Shown here one piece after another: positions 57,333-64,000 of a stretch of DNA of 64,000 bases. The notes beneath the pieces were generated by a model. The model ran no database searches, was not told the DNA's origin, and was given only the letters and a program-made list of their open reading frames with translations. Where the stretch lies: the NCBI GenBank assembly GCA_951406725.2, contig OX597826.1:69378001-69442000 (forward strand), given 5' to 3'. The translations under genes were made by a program, and so were the position numbers. The stretch comes from Octopus vulgaris (lineage: Eukaryota). Position 1 is the first letter of the stretch. Each line of letters begins with the position of its first letter.

Positions 57333-57368
57333 GTGTGGTAAGGAAGGGCAAGAGAATATTTTTTATGT

Positions 57369-57535
57369 AGGCACAGATATGGCTGTGATTAAGATGCACA
57401 CTTTGCAACCACGTGCTCTCGGGTTCAGTCCCACTGGATGGGATCTTGCACATATGGTTTCTACTATAGCCATGGACCGGTTAATGTCTTGCCAATGAAT
57501 TTGGCCGACGGATATTGTGTGGAAAACCATCGTAC
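57369..57535 (+). mobile_element. SINE family B, diverged 5' half
   Basis: Homology. Confidence 0.7.
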
Positions 57536-57639
57536 ACTCAAACACACACACACACACATATGCATTAACTCTCCCCCGCACTTGACCTGCCCATACCCGT
57601 CTCCTTTTCACCTTTATCCTCCACTCCTCCATCCTACCC

Positions 57640-58200
57640 TTTCAACGTACCATTTTGCGTGCTGTCAACCAACTCCAATCTTACCCATCCATCTCCCAAA
57701 TCTTTATCATACCAACCCTCCTCTCCTTCAAACAACGCCCTTAATCTACTCCTAGTCTGTAGCTTCTTCAGCACGCTTGTCACTCAGACTGGCTCCTTCC
57801 GTTGCTCTCGCCAAGCAGCTGCACCTGCCCTTTTCTCTCCAACACCAATATCCTCACTACCACTACGATATCAACCACTCGTTCAGCTGCTTCTCCAGCA
57901 ATATAATCTACAACATCCTCTGTTCTCTCTACCACTCCCCGTGCATTGGACAACCTGGTTGGCATATAGCTAAACTGTTTACCGAAAATCTTGGGGACAC
58001 TAGACTCGGTAATGACACACCGGTCTCACGCCACTGCCGCTCGACCGGTCATTCCGTGCAACATCAGTGTGAGTTCAGACTGGCCTTACAAAGAGGCCAA
58101 CCCGACTTCCGCTTCCGTCGTAAGCGAGAACTTACTTAATCTCTTCGTTCCTCAGTCCTTCATGCCCTCAATTCTTCAGTTCTATTCATCTGAACCCACC
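57640..58200 (+). mobile_element. Decayed Neptune-type PLE: Zn-finger linker plus GIY-YIG
   Basis: LVCSFF...GSFRCSR.../CTCPF, then HSFSCFSSNIIYNILCSLYHSPCIGQPG...DTPVSRHCRSTGHS. Confidence 0.88.
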
Positions 58201-58336
58201 CCCCTTTCACATTTACTCACACCACACACTTCCCACATTCCACTGCTCTCCACAGCTCCAGATCAACTCCGGGATGCTCGGATGGTCAAGCCTGTAGCAA
58301 TCAGGTAACTAAAAGCGCTTAAGCAGATCTACGAGA

Positions 58337-58686
58337 CGTGGTACCTTGGGCAAGTGTATTCTACTATAGCCTCGGGCTGACCAAAGCCTTGTGAGTGGAT
58401 TTGGTAGACGGACACTGAAAGAAGCCCGTTGTATATATATGTATATATATATATGTAATTGTGTGTATATGTTTGTGTGTCTGTGTTTGTGCCCCCAACA
58501 TCGCTTGACAACCGATACTGGTGTGTTTACGTTCCCGTAACTTAGCGGTTCGGCAAAAGAGACCGATAGAATAAGTACTAGGCTTGCAAAAGAATTAGTC
58601 CTGGGGTCGATTTGCTCGACTAAAGGCGGTGCTCCAGCATGGCCACAGTTACATGACTGAAACAAGTAAAAGTGTAAAAGAGTAAA
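58337..58686 (+). mobile_element. SINE family B, 5'-truncated, near-consensus
   Basis: Homology; internal TA/GT tract; GTAAAA-type tail. Confidence 0.92.
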
Positions 58687-58779
58687 ATACCTAGCCGCGT
58701 GACTTGAAACCGAAATCCCGTGGTTGCAAAAACAATTCTTAACCACAAAACCTGCGTCATTCTACAATAAACGCAACCT

Positions 58780-59250
58780 GCTTCACATTCTGCAATAATT
58801 CCAACGAAACATTTTCCCATCAAAGTAACACATAGTTAGTGGGTGAAAATGGTCGGCAGCATTTTCTTTTGATGAGTCTTTTAACACCAAAATAATTCTT
58901 CAAAGTATCATCCATGCAAGCAACACAACCTCATTTGTTATTATTGTATTCCGTTCCACGGATATTTTCTCAGGTAACTATTTGAATTTCCTTAACCAAT
59001 AACCTTGAACGACATTAGATTCTAGGGTTTTCCAATCGGAATCTTACTACTCTGCTTATTTACAAACATCTTTCTAACGTATATTTTCTTATTTATTGAT
59101 TTTCATTTCATCTCTAAGTGATTTAAACCATTCTTTTCTTTGATCTAACTTTCTCTCCAGAACCTTATTTTTACTTTCTGCATCTAATAAGATCGGTTTT
59201 TGACTTACATTTCCATCTTCTTCTGATCCATAGTGAGTAAATAGTTTCGT
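58780..59250 (-). mobile_element. Old R4/Dong RT fragment
   Basis: DWKTLESNVVQGYWLRKFK*LPEKISVERNT...WMIL*RIILVLKDSSKENAADHFHPLT aligns with the 24331-24630 peptide. Confidence 0.8.
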
Positions 59251-59989
59251 TTATATTGGTTTATTATTCTATGTTCGTATATACCTTGATCTTAAGATGC
59301 TTTGGCCAACTCTATTACAACTCCTGGTGGACTGGCAGAATGGTTTAAGCATCAGACAAAATACCTTCAGGCATTTCTTTCGCTTATTTATATTCTGAGT
59401 TGAAATCCAATCGAGGTCATCTTTGCCTTTTATCTTTTCTGGAGCAATAAAATAAAGTACCATTGACGTACCGTTCAAGTATTATGTTGATGGTAACGAC
59501 TAACTCCTCCGATTAAAACTGCCGGCCTTGTACGTAAATCAGAAACTTTGTGAGAAAAATGTTGCAAATAAAAACCAGGACCCATATTTACACAGGGAAG
59601 ACAAATGCGTATTCTTTTAGGAATATGCTGATATGGAGGGTTGCGTCCTATGCCTTGACCCGAGCATAGAACGGGGCTCACCCTTTTGAACTGGAAAGTG
59701 AATAGAATTCCTGGTGTGCGTATTGTTGCGGCTACACACTACTAAAAAAATGGGAAATAGGCTTGGCCATCTCTTTAACTCCCACTATTTCACACTCGTT
59801 TATCTCCCCTGTCCTCTTTGTCTCTGATTTTTTTCTAATCCCGCTGCTCCCTACCCATCTCTCCTCCTTCCACGTGACCCGTGTCCAGCCAGCCATGATC
59901 TTTCTTTCTTGGCCTGACTGCCGAGCGCCAACACCTCTTATGTCCATCTCCTATGTTCCTGCCTTTAGGCTTTTACTTCATACATGCCT

Positions 59990-60369
59990 GTTCAATTTGA
60001 TTCGCTCTCAGTTGAAAGACGCCTGTTGTTATTTCTTGTTGCTTGTATTCGTAATTGTGTACCATGTTCTCCGTATTTTTGTTTGTTAGTATTTTTGTCT
60101 TTGTTGCCGTACACATTCGCTAGCTTTCTGAAAAAGGGGTCTAATGCTCTTAGTTTAGACTTTTTCTTGGGGAGGGTGGGGGCAACTAGATTGAACCATC
60201 TCAAGTGTAACTGCCCGAAATGGTCGTGACTTCTGGGACTTGACTGAGGAAAGAAAGCCACGAATGACCCTGGTTTTTTGCCTGTCCTTCTAATTGTTGT
60301 TTCTCTAGTCCGCCTTTGTATCGTCTATCTGTCCGAAAGTTTTAAGGTACTCTATTGCGTTTTTGTTCC

Positions 60370-60372
<3 letters not shown>
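59990..60372 (+). mobile_element. Repeat family H3, second copy
   Basis: Diverged homolog of 23820-24100. Confidence 0.6.
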
Positions 60373-60410
<38 letters not shown>

Positions 60411-60581
60411 AAAGCTCGTTTCCATGTTTTTGTTTTTACGTTTTCGTTTCCAATTGTGTTCAACGTTTTTTTTATGTCCTGTACCCATATATGCATATAT
60501 ATATATATATATATATACATATGGATGTAGGTATTCACATATATGTATGTATATATGCATATATTTATATATTATTTATAT

Positions 60582-60638
<57 letters not shown>

Positions 60639-60699
60639 GTGTGTGTGTATTATACGAAAATCTATCCCTTCTGGCATTGGGAAGACGAAAGATAACATA

Positions 60700-61120
60700 A
60701 CTGAAAGTTAACATATTGTTTGTGCAATACACGGAGTAATTTGAAGCAGCACTCGCTGATAAACGGAATGCGATAGAGCTTATAGCAACACGAGTTGAAA
60801 GTACAACCCTTGCTTGAACGAGACCCGGCTGCACATAAATGGATTCGACAATATTTCCAGAGGAGAAACACGAGGATTACAATCAAGGACAAAGAGGACA
60901 TTAGATATTCCTGTTCGTGTTGACTTACGTGGCACAACATGGGCTGAGAGTCAGTCTGAACATGATTTTTGGCTGTATGGGGTCGAATGGAGTTATCACG
61001 GGTATACAGGTCCTAATTACTAACGAAGACCGGAAAACAATCTCAGAATAAAGATTTAAAGTAGGTGCTAGGAGAAGGGTCTTCTTTTTAGGACGCACTT
61101 TATCTGGTCATGTAAAAGGA
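60700..61120 (+). mobile_element. Possible decayed APE endonuclease fragment of a LINE
   Basis: LNETRLHINGF...GQRG..I.VRVDL motifs, frameshifted. Confidence 0.3.
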
Positions 61121-61400
61121 CCGTTTGGACCGGAACCCTGAGTGTATTATTCAGCTGGACTTAACTTTTTTTCCTTCTTCAAATGTAACGAATGTTTTGA
61201 ATCGGAGCTGCTAGCTATGGTAAAAAAAAGTCACTAGGTGCTAGTATTATTATTGGAGTGGGCATTGTTGATACAGTTGATATTATAACACCGTGTTTGT
61301 GGCAGTGATTCTAAAGCTCATCAAATACCGGGACCTATTTTTTTGCACATCGCCCTCTCTTTAAAAATGAAACGACACAATTTATTTTGCATAGATTTTG

Positions 61401-61610
61401 TTACTCTTTTACTTGTTTCAGTCAGTTGACTGTGGCCATGCTGGAGCACTGTCTTTAGTCGAGCAAATCGACCCCAGGACTTATTCTTTGTAAGCCCAGT
61501 ACTTATTCTATCGGTCTCTTTTGCCGAACCGCTAAGTTACTTTGACGTAAACACACCAGCATCGGTTGTCAAGCGATGTTGGGAGAACAAACACAGACAC
61601 ACAAACATAT

Positions 61611-61664
<54 letters not shown>

Positions 61665-61826
61665 GACAGGTTTCTTTCAGTTTCCGTCTACCAGATCCAC
61701 TCAGAAGGCTTTTTATCGGCCCGAGGCTATAGTAGAAGACACTTGCCCAAGATGCCACGTAGTGTAACTGAACCCGGAACCATGTGGTTGGTAAGCAAGA
61801 TACTTACCACACAGCCACTCCTGCGC
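61401..61826 (-). mobile_element. SINE family B, full length
   Basis: tRNA-like head, internal (TA)n/(GT)n, 3' tail. Confidence 0.93.
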
Positions 61827-62222
61827 ATATATATAACAATTCTTTTCTTCAACAAATTATTGGACAAGTTTATAAAGATTTAAACCATCTTAATATCTGT
61901 TCCAGGACTAGACGGCGAGCTGGCAGAATCATTAGCACGCTTTGCCTTTCATCCTTTCGCAATCGATAAAATATGTAAAATAAGTCGAGGTAATTGACTT
62001 ACACCGTCACCCAGAGTTGCTGGCCTTGTGCTAAAATTTGAAATCAATACCAATTCCACGACTATTTCCCTGTTTGGTTGCCTGTACAGGATAAAGTGAA
62101 GGAGAGAGTGAAAGAAACAGATTACAGAACTTGACTGATATTTTATCGATTGCAGAAAGGATTTAAAGCAAAGCTGACGCCGTGGGTATTTGAACTCTGA
62201 ACACAAAGAATCCAAAAAAAAA

Positions 62223-62281
<59 letters not shown>

Positions 62282-62416
62282 CAACAACAACAATAATAAT
62301 AATAATAATAATAACAACAACAACAACAACAATAATAATAATAATAATAATAACAACAACAACAACAACAACAATAATAATAATAACAACAACAACAATA
62401 ATAATAATAATAATAA
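62223..62416. repeat. Alternating (AAT)n/(AAC)n array
   Basis: Direct reading. Confidence 0.97.
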
Positions 62417-63127
62417 CTAATGCAAGTCACAGTTATCTGACACACTAACGTTTGTCAATCGAAAGCATATTTTTTTTTATATGCGTATATTATGGTAATT
62501 TCATGCATAATCTTGGTTTATCTATCACTGTTACAATTGTTTCTATAGATACAATTATATATTAATAAGGAGATTGTATTCTAGAGAGAATAATTATTTT
62601 CTTTCTAGCATTGCAAAAACGAAACAAAAAAAAAATGTAAAAACTAAATGAAAAAGGAAGAAAAACAAGAAGGAAAGAAACCATGTTCTGTGATGTATTC
62701 AGATGCGGTGTATATAATCAAAAACTACTTTGATAATTTTATTTTTATTTTGTATTGTATGTATTACATAGAATCACCAGTCTTTATCCTTTACATATTG
62801 TTTCCACACTTACATATAGGAACTATCACAAACGGTCATCACTACGCATGGGTAGTATTATATACGATCACAACTACATAGTGTCTCGATTACATCCAAG
62901 CGCTACTACATACAGTCACCATCACATGCAGTATTAATTACTACTGTATAGAGTCACAATTTCATACAAGCACTATCGCATACAGTCACAATTACGTAGA
63001 AACTGCTACACACAAGGACGTCTATATACAGCCACCACGAAATAAGCTCACCATTGAATAATAGACACACCATCCGTCAGCTTGCCGCCTTACACACAAG
63101 CAATATTATTATTATTATCATTATTAA

Positions 63128-63350
63128 GGCGACGATCTGTCAGAAACGTTAGCACGCCGGGCGAAATGGTTAGTACTATTTCGTCTGTCTTTACGTTCTG
63201 AGTTCAAATTCCACCGATGTCGATTTTACCTTTCATCCTTTCGGAGTCGATAAATTAAGTACCAGTTGCGTACTGGGGTTGCTCTAATCGACTGCACCCC
63301 CTCCCCATTCTCCAAAACTTTCGGATCTTGTGCCTAGAGTAGAAAAGAAT
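63128..63350 (+). mobile_element. SINE family A, tail type 2, full length
   Basis: Head through TTGTGCCTAGAGTAGAAAAGAAT; ATT-repeat flanks. Confidence 0.9.
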
Positions 63351-63566
63351 ATTACCGTTATCATTGAGTGGTGGTCCGCGGACCGGTACCGTTCCGCGAG
63401 CTACCAGCTGCCGGTATGCAGCGTGTTTCCAGAAAAGAAAGAAACATCATTGCATATTGTCACCACAATGTACAAGCACAATCGCATACATTCACTATTG
63501 CATACAAGCACAACCCCAACTTATACGCAGGCTCTGCGGAGAAGGAAAATACATGCGGACGGAAAA

Positions 63567-63610
63567 GGTCACTGAAGAGGTCACAGATGTGTGACGAAAG
63601 ATCTCCGGAC
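63567..63610 (+). ncRNA. Minimal hammerhead motif downstream of a possible PLE C-terminus
   Basis: CTGAAGA-G-GTCAC-AGATGT-GTGAC-GAAA-GATC-TC; stem III palindrome AGATCT; stem I imperfect; upstream FTIAYKHNPNL resembles the PLE '..I....P.LN' end. Confidence 0.6.
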
Positions 63611-64000
63611 AATGAACATAAGATAAAATAAGAAGAGTAATAAACGAGTGGAGAACGAATATATAGTGCGTGTGTTTTATTTAGCAAAAAAAAAATGTCT
63701 ATCCCGAAATATAACAATGCATTTAATGAAACTTAGCATTATATGTTTTTATGATTGTCTGTCGAGGTGACGATGACCATCTAGTCATCGTGGAGCTTGC
63801 ACAGTGACTCTGTTTAAAGGGAGGCACAGTTGTGCACAGTCAACCTCACTTCTACGCCCGTGACTTTCTGCAATCCAGTGGTAGGACTGGCGATAGAAGC
63901 GAATGTAGTACATGAACAAGACGTCTTGCATTCCCCATCTTGCTTTCTGCACTCTATAATGCTTTGTTGCAGCCGCATTTCTCTCCGTTGAACCATGAAG

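Noticed and set aside
63780-64000. Open minus-strand frames at the window edge
   Set aside because: No recognisable protein motif or splice signals; possibly a decayed LINE, truncated by the window.

Overview
AT-rich, microsatellite-saturated animal DNA. The tRNA-derived SINE families and repeat load suggest an octopus or other coleoid cephalopod; this is an inference, not verified. I found no host protein-coding exon. Nearly all ORFs in the track are translations of simple repeats, so the window is intergenic or deep intronic. It contains dozens of tRNA-derived SINEs in at least 5 modular families, decayed Penelope-like elements (PLE: RT thumb and GIY-YIG fragments), five R4/Dong-type RLE retrotransposon fragments (one cleanly inserted in a (TAA)n tract), non-autonomous Helitrons, pogo- and hAT-type MITEs, several fold-back or inverted duplications, and many microsatellites. 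The most notable signal is a set of about 7 well-formed or near-canonical type I hammerhead ribozyme motifs plus about 5 decayed ones, from mostly unrelated short elements usually embedded in or next to (TA)n tracts. They share palindromic stem III sequences, and several carry long stem II inserts or core variants (CCGANGA, CUGUYGA). The well-formed ones all lie on the + strand. All alignments and folds were done by eye.
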